Source of the DNA: Candidatus Multivoradales bacterium
Lineage (GTDB): Bacteria; Acidobacteriota; Thermoanaerobaculia; Multivoradales; JAHEKO01
NCBI GenBank assembly: GCA_965248055.1
Contig: CBDFIJ010000004.1
Location: 2,304,001-2,368,000 of the forward strand
Length of the DNA stretch: 64,000 nucleotides
Reading direction: 5' to 3'
Positions 26,739-35,618 of the stretch are shown one piece after another. The position numbers were made by a program, and so were the translations under genes. Numbering within the stretch: the first letter of the stretch is position 1; every line of letters starts with the position of its first letter. A model generated the notes under the pieces. It saw only the letters and a list, made by a program, of their open reading frames with translations, did no database searches and was not told the DNA's origin.

Positions 26739-29423
26739 TCACCCCGTTCTTTTCCGCCTCGACATGGATTCAATCCAGTCCTTGAAACGCTTGACGTCTT
26801 TCTGCACATCATTTTCGAAGTCTGGAGTCTCCTCTTGCAACGGACCTGCCTCGTCATGAACGTAGAGAGAGCACTTCGCCATGGCTTCTGAAATCTCCTT
26901 GACATCGTCCTCGGTTATGTCGGTAAGACGTTTTAGTCGCTGGGTCTCGACGCCTCGACGAAAGCGCTGCACAACACCATTGAGAAGGCGCTCTTCAATT
27001 CCACGCTCCCACGAATTTCTGAGGAGCTTGTAGACGCGTTCTACGCCTTCTCTGTAGGCACTCTCATCGCCCGACTCCCAGGCCGGTCTAAGTTCACGAA
27101 CTCTGTGCTCCAAAAGTTTCACACGTGCGCTCACTCGCATTCCATCCCACGACGCACCGTCCACCACAACTCCGAAACCCTGACTCCCTCGTTCGAGGTG
27201 AACGACAGAAACGGGCTTACTAGCCGAGCTGTCTCCCTCGGTTAGCTGTGACAAGAACACGTTGTCGTGTGTGAAGACGATGACCTGCCTTTGCTCCGAT
27301 TCCTTCCGCAGTCGTCTTGCGACTTGCTTGCGCCACCTGTGGTCGAGAGAAGATACAGGATCATCGAAGACGAGTGCCGACCTATGTTGCGCTACCGCAA
27401 GCTCTGCGAGAAAACCGGCAAGCGCAACACACGTTTGTTCACCCTCGCTGAGGACGCGGCGAAGCTTCACATCCGGTTGAGCGACAAACTGTGCTCGGAA
27501 CTGTGGAGTCCCTTGACGAGACCCTGTCGGTGCTAGCTCAACCTGGGCTGTCCGTACCCGGAGCTCGACGAGTTCCTTGAAGAACTGCTCGCGTAAACGA
27601 TTCGTGACCTCCGATTCCGCCATCTTTGAACTCTTCCGACTGACCTTCGTCGTGCCAGCACTCTTGACGGCCCGGTCGATCCGAAACAGCCGATTTAGGT
27701 GCTGTACCTCGTCCTCGACGACGGGCAAGAACTTCCCTAACTCACGTCGGGCCTCTAGCTCCGCCTTTTCGGATTCATGCACCGCGCGCACCTCGGTCTG
27801 CGCGGACTTTTCGATTTCCTTGATGCGTGCGTCGAGCTTCGGAGTGCGCTTTTGAAGGTCCGCAACTGGGCCGGTACCGATGTCCTCGGTTGGAAAGCTC
27901 CCTCTCCCCTCACAGGCGCGCAACGCTGCCCGACGCTTTAACCGCGCACACACCACAAATCGCCTCACCGAGTCCGATAGCTGTTCGCCGACCGGCTGAA
28001 CCAGGCGCCTCGAACTCGACGGCATCTTCAGTTCTTCGAGCTTGCGTTTTTCCTGCTCGAAGCGCTGGCGTGCTGTCTGGGCTTCTTGCTCCGTGTTGGC
28101 ACGAACAAAGCTCTCGAATGCCTCAAGTCGTTCTTGAGCGTCAACAGCGAGCGGCTGCTGGCAAAGAACACACAAAGCCTCTTTCCCGACCACGGGAAAC
28201 TCGCTATCCGGATACGCTTTCTCCAACGAGAACCTACGCGCGGCTTTCCAGAGTTCTCTCCAGGGTGAACTACCGACACCCTCCAGAGGCTGCTCGGCGA
28301 ATAGGTTGGACGCAGCCAGACGAGCAGCTTCCGTCTTGGTTGCGGCGTCCCGCAGAGCTTCTTCAAGGGCCGCGATTCGGTGTGCCGAAACTCCCTTGGC
28401 GACAGCCTCCACCAGCTGAAGAACTTGGGTGAACTCACGCTTCCTCTGGCGAGACTCCGTCGCCGCCTTCGCTGAGTTCTGCGACAAGACCTCCTGAAGC
28501 CAGGTGAGACGCTCGGATTCTTCAGCCGACAGCGTTCCTAGTCGGCGCAGTGCAGCTAGGTCGCTGTCGTGTTTGAGGCTCGCCAAGCCACTACCCGCTT
28601 CGGTTTGTCGGCCCAGGTCGTCTATCTTGCGGCTTAACTCGTTGGAAGCTCTCGCTTCTTCTATAGTGCGTTCACTTTGGAGTTGCTGTTTGACGCGACT
28701 GCAGAGCTCTCCAAGCTGCTGCAGAATCTCGAGTACATAGGGAGTGAAGACGACGTCGTTTTTGTCCGTCACCTGGACCAACGCACATCTCGAGTCGAAG
28801 ACTTGTACGAATGGGAGCTCCGGCGCTGTCGGCTCTCCCTCTGCCCACTCAAGCGTCTTCTCTACATCTCCAACTCGAAAGTGGATGGTCGCTTTCGGTT
28901 GGGTCTCCTCTTCCGGGGCATCCTCAAAGGCGTTCGGAATCAGTTTTCCACCGCGGTCCCGAGCTCTACACACCCGCTTGAGAATACGAGCGTAGCCAGA
29001 TTTGCCGCTCGCGTTGTCGCCGTAGACGACAGTGAGCCCGGAAACCTCGAAGGAGAGAGTCTGGTCTCCGGCCAATGCGTCGACGCTCCGAACGCCTTCG
29101 ACCTTGATGAGTGTGACCGGAGCAGTGATCTCCTCGCCCCTCGGAAGGTCTTGAGCAGCAAGAGGAACGGCAACGGGCGGCTCCTTGCCTACCCGCGCCG
29201 GAACGGCTGTCGATCTGCCGAAAGGCAACCCGTGTTCGAGCCGACAGAGCTCAAGAATCTCGGCGAACTCTTCGTCAGTCAGGGTCTCTGTGACGATGCT
29301 CCGCAGGCCATGGCGCTGCCACTCCGGTAAGCTAATGGACCAGTTGAAGAGATCCTGTAGCGTCGTCGCACGGATTTTAGGGATTCTCTTGTTCATTCGA
29401 TAAAGGAATGCTGTGAGCGACAC
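26739..29423 (-). CDS. SMC/Rad50-like AAA ATPase with zinc hook (RloC-like, candidate defence protein)
   Basis: GDNASGKS, CVLCQQ hook in coiled coil, LSEGEQ, FDDPVSSLD, VFTHD, plus a C-terminal helical domain. ATG at 29396 is an alternative start. Confidence 0.8.
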   Translation of the reverse strand: MSLTAFLYRMNKRIPKIRATTLQDLFNWSISLPEWQRHGLRSIVTETLTDEEFAEILELCRLEHGLPFGRSTAVPARVGKEPPVAVPLAAQDLPRGEEITAPVTLIKVEGVRSVDALAGDQTLSFEVSGLTVVYGDNASGKSGYARILKRVCRARDRGGKLIPNAFEDAPEEETQPKATIHFRVGDVEKTLEWAEGEPTAPELPFVQVFDSRCALVQVTDKNDVVFTPYVLEILQQLGELCSRVKQQLQSERTIEEARASNELSRKIDDLGRQTEAGSGLASLKHDSDLAALRRLGTLSAEESERLTWLQEVLSQNSAKAATESRQRKREFTQVLQLVEAVAKGVSAHRIAALEEALRDAATKTEAARLAASNLFAEQPLEGVGSSPWRELWKAARRFSLEKAYPDSEFPVVGKEALCVLCQQPLAVDAQERLEAFESFVRANTEQEAQTARQRFEQEKRKLEELKMPSSSRRLVQPVGEQLSDSVRRFVVCARLKRRAALRACEGRGSFPTEDIGTGPVADLQKRTPKLDARIKEIEKSAQTEVRAVHESEKAELEARRELGKFLPVVEDEVQHLNRLFRIDRAVKSAGTTKVSRKSSKMAESEVTNRLREQFFKELVELRVRTAQVELAPTGSRQGTPQFRAQFVAQPDVKLRRVLSEGEQTCVALAGFLAELAVAQHRSALVFDDPVSSLDHRWRKQVARRLRKESEQRQVIVFTHDNVFLSQLTEGDSSASKPVSVVHLERGSQGFGVVVDGASWDGMRVSARVKLLEHRVRELRPAWESGDESAYREGVERVYKLLRNSWERGIEERLLNGVVQRFRRGVETQRLKRLTDITEDDVKEISEAMAKCSLYVHDEAGPLQEETPDFENDVQKDVKRFKDWIESMSRRKRTG

Positions 29424-29698
29424 CTCGAAGAGCTGTTGTGACAGTTGAAGCCGAACATGACGCCTACTATCGCATGGTAACGAAGTCCCTCAACCGGGAG
29501 TGAGAAACTAGACAGTTAAGGTTCGGAATTCGGTGTGACGCGGTTTTCAGGAGATAGCGGATACCAATTGCTCCGGCAGCGAAGCGACCCAGGCGAAGCT
29601 CCCCCATCTAACGGTCTGAATCGGAACGCTGTGCCAAGCGCTAACTTCTCCAGAGAATAGCGTGGCCCCCCTATCTACATTTGTGTCTGTACTTACTC

Positions 29699-30541
29699 CT
29701 ACAGAGTTTGTTTTTCGAAACTCCCGCCTTGCGTCGCTTTGTGGAACCAATCTTGCCAGGTTTGAATTGCCAATAGAGGAACCTGTCCATGAACGCCAGA
29801 GAGGAGGAAGGGTGACGACGGATGGTAGAGGCCTCGGAGGAGGAGTTCCACTACCGTAGGGGTGGCGAAACGCGGGGTAACGTACCAGGTATCTAGGTTT
29901 CGTTCCTTGAGGGCGTGCAGGAGTTGCCAGAGTTCCGCTGAAGGGCCATCGTAACCGCCCTCGCGCATTCCCTCTTTCGGCGAGACGTAAGTGTAGCCGT
30001 GAAAACGAACAACCGGCTGGGGCAGTTGTTGAGCGCGGTCATTGTGCATAACTAGCCAAGCCCTGCACTCTTCATCAATAAACAGAATCGGAGCATAGCC
30101 TTGGTCCAAGAGACGGCCAATCCTTTGCTGATCCCAGAGGAAGTATTCGAAAGCTGAGAGCGACCACGAGTCGTCAAGATCCGCTTCGATGAACTCAAGC
30201 CTAACCATTTGATCCTTGTGGAGCTTATCCATCCAGGGTCTTGGGAATGATGCCGTGCCATCCTCTACGCGAAGAATCCTTTCAATGTCGGTTTCGCCGT
30301 AAAAATCGGCCATCGCTCGTGGTGTGAGATTAAAGACAGACTTGCGAAGGAAAGCATGATTTTGGCCGAGGCATCTTCGGTAGGCGTTGACTTGGTCAGG
30401 GTGTTGCTGACCATGGTCGAACTCTTCGCGTTGTTCTTTTCGATGTTCTCTCCAGACGTGAAATACATTTCTTGCCAACATGACTAGGCCGGTGACACCG
30501 TCTAAAGCTTGCATAAATAGGCTCCTATGGTTGCTATCCAA
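29699..30541 (-). CDS. hypothetical protein
   Basis: 280-aa ORF; no recognisable motif apart from a possible HTH-like segment (LTPRAMADFYGE..IERILRVEDG). Confidence 0.5.
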   Translation of the reverse strand: MDSNHRSLFMQALDGVTGLVMLARNVFHVWREHRKEQREEFDHGQQHPDQVNAYRRCLGQNHAFLRKSVFNLTPRAMADFYGETDIERILRVEDGTASFPRPWMDKLHKDQMVRLEFIEADLDDSWSLSAFEYFLWDQQRIGRLLDQGYAPILFIDEECRAWLVMHNDRAQQLPQPVVRFHGYTYVSPKEGMREGGYDGPSAELWQLLHALKERNLDTWYVTPRFATPTVVELLLRGLYHPSSPFLLSGVHGQVPLLAIQTWQDWFHKATQGGSFEKQTL

Positions 30542-30900
30542 AGTTGTTCTTGACGAAGATTGAGACGGGTAGGGTTTTCGTTATTCTCTGTCAAGCAATC
30601 GAAACGCCCTCCAAATATTCGAGTGGCACCGAAGTCCGCTCCCATCTCTCGATAATAGCGTTACCGTTGACCGATCAGAATTTTCGACATCAGGGGAACA
30701 GCTTTGTTCTTGCCGAGGAAGTCGTGAGAGCTCGCGAAGTCCCCGACATTCGAGCCCCAGCTGGAAGCTCCTTCGGAGAAGGCGGATCGACACCGGGCAA
30801 GATCTTCCAGCCTGATTTCGGTGGATTACAGGAGTTCAAATTCGAGGCGTTGTCAACGTAGACAAAACTCAAGATCGCGCTACCCTGAAGAGATCTTCAT

Positions 30901-31368
30901 ATGCGCGATAGATATCTTAGAAAACTACAAATCAAGCTGGTGGATGGGGAGTTTGACAACCCCATAAACGAGCAGATCCGGGACCCGAGTCAGGTCTACG
31001 GGATTTTTCGAGACATCAAGGACAAGTCTCAAGAGACGCTCCTCGGGCTCTATTTGAGTGAGAACCAGAAAGCCAATGTGTACTCGGTGTTAAGCGTTGG
31101 CAGCAGCCATGAGGCGCTATGCTCACCTGAGGAGATTTTCAGACACGCGTACCTGACAAGTTCCAAGACGTTCGTCCTGATTCACAATCACCCGGGTGGC
31201 GATCCGTCACCGTCCGAAAACGACCGAGAAGTCATCCGCATTCTCGAACGCCAATCGAAGATACTGAACTTTCGTTTCCTCGATTTCATCATCGTTGGCA
31301 AAGACGTGTATTGGAGCCTCTTTGAGGAGACGATGGAGGGCGGTGAGTATGCGCTTGGGAGGATGTGA
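30901..31368 (+). CDS. second RadC-like JAB domain protein
   Basis: IHNHPGGDPSPSEND...FLDFIIVG. Confidence 0.85.
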   Translation: MRDRYLRKLQIKLVDGEFDNPINEQIRDPSQVYGIFRDIKDKSQETLLGLYLSENQKANVYSVLSVGSSHEALCSPEEIFRHAYLTSSKTFVLIHNHPGGDPSPSENDREVIRILERQSKILNFRFLDFIIVGKDVYWSLFEETMEGGEYALGRM

Positions 31369-31462
31369 GGAACGCGGTCGTGCTCCCAAGAATTGGTCAA
31401 TTAGTTTTGTTGACGAGTGCAACGCTACTCGCCAGTATATGGCTGTCCGCTAGCCTCGTGAT

Positions 31463-32020
31463 TCAGGATATTGGGCCCGTTTCAAAGCCCCACAGAATCC
31501 ACCGCCCTGGAATCCAGACTAGATCCAAGTAATCTTCCGAACCTCCAGCGGAATACTTATTGTAGAAGAGGCTGACTCGTGCTTTGAATGGGTTCGATCG
31601 GACAAAAGTTATGTCCAAGTGATAACAAGTTGCCCATTGCAAGGTCTCTCTTTTCGTTGGTTCGATGATGGACTTTGAACATGAGTGCAGATCTGGGCTC
31701 CATACTCCCAGTTTTTCCGCCTCTTGTTTTGGAAGGAGGGTTCCATTGTGACTCGCCAACCACTCTTCGTAGGCAGGCAGGTCGTCTGCCAGCAAACGTA
31801 CCGTCGACTCACCTAGTATTTCGACAAAAGGCTTCTGAATAACACCATCGTAGAAATTTCCGCGTGTAGCAGCATCTGCCAAGATTTTGGTCTCCACTTC
31901 CCTTAAAAGGCGCGGCAAATCACGGGCCAATGCTCGATCTTTGAGAATAACCCAAGATCCAGCTTGGACCACAACCATGATGGCAAAGATCCCGAAAGCG
32001 GCGAGTAATGGTTTGCGCAA
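31463..32020 (-). CDS. exported/membrane-anchored hypothetical protein
   Basis: Hydrophobic N-terminus; last gene of the Rhs-associated array. Confidence 0.55.
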   Translation of the reverse strand: MRKPLLAAFGIFAIMVVVQAGSWVILKDRALARDLPRLLREVETKILADAATRGNFYDGVIQKPFVEILGESTVRLLADDLPAYEEWLASHNGTLLPKQEAEKLGVWSPDLHSCSKSIIEPTKRETLQWATCYHLDITFVRSNPFKARVSLFYNKYSAGGSEDYLDLVWIPGRWILWGFETGPIS

Positions 32021-32096
32021 TGGTGGCTCCCATGACCAAAAAAACTGGCCCCGGCTTCGCAGCCATTCGTTGTTATGTGGCGAACCGTCGATGCAG

Positions 32097-32804
32097 CTAG
32101 TTCACTTCCTCGCATGACGGCAAACGAACATTCGCCGAGTCCAGCGAGATTCCGGTGGTGTGAGTAATTGTACCCTTGTACTCCGACCAATCCACTCTTA
32201 CGTTCTTGGCTTCGTACAGCCATAACAGTGAGCCTTTTTCCCCGAAACATTGCTTGAGGTCACATACGTCCACGCAATCTGGATCTCCAACTGGTTGACG
32301 AGCCTCAATGTAGTCTTCCCCGAGAAGAGCCACGACATGCTTTGGCAAGAACTTTGAGGCCTCATCTGGGCTCGCCATTATGTGATTAGCCACGCCGGGT
32401 GTTTGAGTCGTATGTGGAGTTTCTGAAGTGCTTTTGCCCCGAAGACTGAAGAAGATGTCGAGCCACATTAAAGGACAGTCAGAGCATCCTCCTGTAACGT
32501 GTCCCCTATAGGATTTGTATTGGAGTTGCAGGGTGTCGTGTTCTTGATAGGTCTCCTCGCCATGATGGCGATCTGTGTCCATCCTAAAGACATAGGCCGC
32601 GTCGGGATCTCCTAACGACCTAAGTGTTCCCGCGAGACTCGCACCAAGACGCGTACCAAAGATGAACTCTGTTCCCTGAGAGTTGGATGGCAAATCGGTT
32701 TCAAACGTTTCTGTAGATAGGGCCCCACCGCAACTCCCAGCAGCTACAATGAAACCGCAAAGACAATAACGCGTTAGCCAAATCTTCCGATAACGAGAGG
32801 TCAA
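32097..32804 (-). CDS. Cys-rich lipoprotein (candidate immunity family B); start uncertain
   Basis: AAGSC lipobox-like motif; paralog of 32857-33567 (DPDCVDxCDLxQCFG, WSEYxG.I, NVRLP.CE). Confidence 0.65.
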   Translation of the reverse strand: MTSRYRKIWLTRYCLCGFIVAAGSCGGALSTETFETDLPSNSQGTEFIFGTRLGASLAGTLRSLGDPDAAYVFRMDTDRHHGEETYQEHDTLQLQYKSYRGHVTGGCSDCPLMWLDIFFSLRGKSTSETPHTTQTPGVANHIMASPDEASKFLPKHVVALLGEDYIEARQPVGDPDCVDVCDLKQCFGEKGSLLWLYEAKNVRVDWSEYKGTITHTTGISLDSANVRLPSCEEVN

Positions 32805-32856
32805 TCGATTTCTCAAAACGGCCCTGGCACCAAGCAAACGACACCATGTTTCTAGT

Positions 32857-33567
32857 TTATTGCTCACACGGCGGCAATCGCACGTTGCTCCAGTCAACGG
32901 TGATCGCGCTGGCGCGTACGATTGAACCGTTGTACTCGGACCAGCCAACGGCTAGATGACGGTCTTCATACAACCAGGACAAGAATCCGCTATCTCCAAA
33001 ACATTGTTCGAGGTCACACGTATCGACACAGTCGGGATCCTCAACGTCCTGGCGAACCTCGATGTAGTTGTTACCCAGAAGCATCAAAACGTTTTCTTGC
33101 ACCAATCCTGGAGGTTCCAACGGATAAACGCGTATCCCGCTTACCACTCCTAATGGATGATTGCCGCCTAACGCGTGTGGAGCAACCTTGGCCCGAAGAT
33201 CAAAGAAAACATCCAAACGCATTGGCGGGCATTGCGGGCACTTCTCGAAATGCCCTTCATAAGACTCGTATGTGAGTTGCAGGGTGTCGGGATTCTCATA
33301 TGCCTCTAAGCTCGTTCCCTCCGTAGTAACCCCGCTAAACAAGAATGCCGCATCTGGACTGCCCAAAGAACCAAGAACTTCGACTAGGGTCGCACCGAGA
33401 TCCGTGCCGAAGACGGTCTCTGCTCCATGCGTGTCGGAGGTGGGGGTTAATTCGATTTCTCCAGTCGTCAAGACCTCATCGCAGCTCAGGGCGACAAGAA
33501 TAAAAAGAAGCACCTCACACCGCGTTCTGGAAACTTTTCTTTCGTGAATGACCGGTTGATGATTCAA
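32857..33567 (-). CDS. Cys-rich lipoprotein (candidate immunity family B)
   Basis: LVALSC lipobox; paralog of the downstream gene. Confidence 0.7.
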   Translation of the reverse strand: MNHQPVIHERKVSRTRCEVLLFILVALSCDEVLTTGEIELTPTSDTHGAETVFGTDLGATLVEVLGSLGSPDAAFLFSGVTTEGTSLEAYENPDTLQLTYESYEGHFEKCPQCPPMRLDVFFDLRAKVAPHALGGNHPLGVVSGIRVYPLEPPGLVQENVLMLLGNNYIEVRQDVEDPDCVDTCDLEQCFGDSGFLSWLYEDRHLAVGWSEYNGSIVRASAITVDWSNVRLPPCEQ

Positions 33568-33605
33568 AATGGCCCCGCCCGATTCGGAATTTGATTCGTC
33601 CCTTG

Positions 33606-34064
33606 TTAGTGTGCTGGCTGGCCCAAACCACGGTAGTTAGGAAAAGCTTCGTTAAAAGCAGTTTCCACAGCTGCCAAGAATTTTTCGCCACAACTCGCCG
33701 ATCCTGCTCTTGGAAGAGTGCTCTTGGCAACTCCGTGATACTCCACGCTGACAATGTCATTCCCCATTTCAGCTACGCAATCAAGTGAATGAACTTGACC
33801 TATTTCGTCGAACACAGCTTCAAAGAGATTAGTATCTGACTCGCGGCATACAGCCCTGACTCCGGTGGATGCCGGCATCACCATACATAGACGCCCATCT
33901 GTCCTAAAGCTTTCGGAGTTTACGATTCCACCTCGATCATAAACAATGACAAGTTTTTCGCTTTGAGAAAACAGCGCCAATTCGTGAACATGCCCCGACG
34001 CGCATCCCGCCATAAGCGCTGCCCAAAGAAGCTGCGAACTACTGCGCCGCATCGAGTCGTTCAT
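33606..34064 (-). CDS. lipoprotein, candidate immunity family A (orphan copy 3)
   Basis: LMAGC lipobox; DCV..MGNDI and CGE.FL motifs; ATGA overlap with a toxin-tip remnant. Confidence 0.75.
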   Translation of the reverse strand: MNDSMRRSSSQLLWAALMAGCASGHVHELALFSQSEKLVIVYDRGGIVNSESFRTDGRLCMVMPASTGVRAVCRESDTNLFEAVFDEIGQVHSLDCVAEMGNDIVSVEYHGVAKSTLPRAGSASCGEKFLAAVETAFNEAFPNYRGLGQPAH

Positions 34065-34272
34065 GGCCGGTCTCGCTTAACCTTGTATTCTTTGGTTGGT
34101 CTTTCTGGGTTTACTTGTGTAAAGGTCTGGCTCACCTATTGTTGAGGGTGCGGTCCACAGCACTGAAAAATCCGGTGCTCTGGAACACAGATCGACGCAG
34201 CCGTGTGAACCAAAACTAGCGCCCCCATGAATGGTAAAGCCGGAACTACAACTGGTCTCATCGAAACCGTGA
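34061..34272 (-). pseudogene. toxin-tip remnants: Tlde1/DUF2778-like fragment followed by the last residues of an HExxH tip
   Basis: Manual translation gives SGFTIHGGASFGSHGCVDL and, in another frame, QTFTQVNPERPTKEYKVKRDRP*. Confidence 0.6.
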
Positions 34273-34274
34273 AT

Positions 34275-34742
34275 TCAAAAACCCCATTGTCCCAAACCTT
34301 CGTAATCTGGGAATACCGCACCAAAGCCTCGCTCGACCGCATCGAGAACGTCCTGCCCACAATTCGCTTCGCCGAAAGATGGATTTCCGCCAAACTCTGT
34401 GCCCAAAAAGCTGCTGCCCGTAATATCGTTGCCCATTCCCTCTACACAGTCTTTGCTGTGCACAGCTTCAGCCTGGTGAAGAATCTCGATGAAATGCTTC
34501 GGGTCGGCCGTTTTACAACGCGTTTTTATGTAGTGGGGCCGACGAGCCACAGTTACGAGGCAGAACTGACCATCGTAAGTGAGTACTTCGCCGACCAGAA
34601 ATGCTCCATGGTCGTAGCTGATGTCGAACAATTTGCGCTCTTGGAATGGCTCGTAACCTACGACAGAACCAGTTGTACACCCAACCAGGGCAAACAAAGT
34701 CATCGCAAAAAGCATTCGGTTTGTCCCTCTGGCGGGTCTCAT
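34275..34742 (-). CDS. lipoprotein, candidate immunity family A (orphan copy 2)
   Basis: LVGC lipobox; DCVEGMGNDI and CGQDVL motifs; ATGA overlap with the orphan tip. Confidence 0.75.
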   Translation of the reverse strand: MRPARGTNRMLFAMTLFALVGCTTGSVVGYEPFQERKLFDISYDHGAFLVGEVLTYDGQFCLVTVARRPHYIKTRCKTADPKHFIEILHQAEAVHSKDCVEGMGNDITGSSFLGTEFGGNPSFGEANCGQDVLDAVERGFGAVFPDYEGLGQWGF

Positions 34743-35068
34743 GGTTTATCCCTCATCAGTTTGAATTTTTTGTTGGGTCTTTCGGGATTGACTTGATCGA
34801 ACAAGTGAATTCTCCTCCCGCGTACTTCGTCGACAGCGTAGTTGACCCGTTGGGGCAGTCCTCTTTCAGACCGAATCTGGTTGACAAAATTAACGATTGG
34901 GCCTGTATATCCTTTCTCACCTGCCGGGCGCCCGATTCCGTCGGGTGCATCCGTTAGGTTGGTGATAGCGTGCCGGAGTTCGTGGATAAGGAAGCTTCCC
35001 AGGTTAAGAGTTGTCAAATTGACGCGCTTGGATTGTGCAGTTTTGGCTTGAGCGAAGTTGAGATGCAC
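34739..35068 (-). pseudogene. orphan Rhs C-terminal HExxH metallopeptidase tip
   Basis: SKRVNLTTLNLGSFLIHELRH...TGPIVNFVNQIRSERGLPQRVNY...VNPERPNKK; paralog of the Rhs C-terminus without the Rhs core. Confidence 0.8.
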
Positions 35069-35183
35069 ATCATTTGTTCCGGGGGTTCTTCTGTTATGGC
35101 CTTCTGTACAGCTGTGCTATTGCTCAGCACCTCTTTTTCGGGCGCTCTGGGTTGACTCGGAAAGTTGAGCCTGGTCCCACCCC

Positions 35184-35618
35184 TTACCAATCACCAAGGC
35201 CCCTGTAGCTCACGAAGGCGCTACTGAATGTAGCCTCAAACTCTCGAAGGAAATCTTCACCACATTTGGAGGAGCCTGGTTTGGGGCTCGTACTTATAGC
35301 GCGCCCTAGATACCCCACAGTTGCAATATTGCGCCCCATCACATCGACACAGTCAGAGTCGTAGGCTTCCTCGGCCCCTTGAAGAATCTCTCGAATCCTA
35401 GTTGGGTCGCCTTGCTTGCAAGATACCCATTCTTTGCTTGGACTCTTCGGTCTGGATAGGCACAAGCGATTGTCATGGGTTATAAACTCTGAACTGACGA
35501 GTGAATCATGGTCAAGAATAATGACCAGGATCTGATCCTGGTCGTACGTCCCGTACGATCGCGAATGCAGGCAACCGGCCAGTAGCAAAAGAATGGTAGA
35601 TGCAAGAATTGGTTTCAC
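35184..35618 (-). CDS. lipoprotein, candidate cognate immunity protein (family A)
   Basis: LLAGC lipobox; GTGA overlap with the Rhs stop codon. Confidence 0.78.
   Translation of the reverse strand: MKPILASTILLLLAGCLHSRSYGTYDQDQILVIILDHDSLVSSEFITHDNRLCLSRPKSPSKEWVSCKQGDPTRIREILQGAEEAYDSDCVDVMGRNIATVGYLGRAISTSPKPGSSKCGEDFLREFEATFSSAFVSYRGLGDW

Noticed and set aside
30544-30861. 105-aa ORF between the hypothetical gene and radC
   Set aside because: No RBS or motif; lies in a divergent intergenic region.
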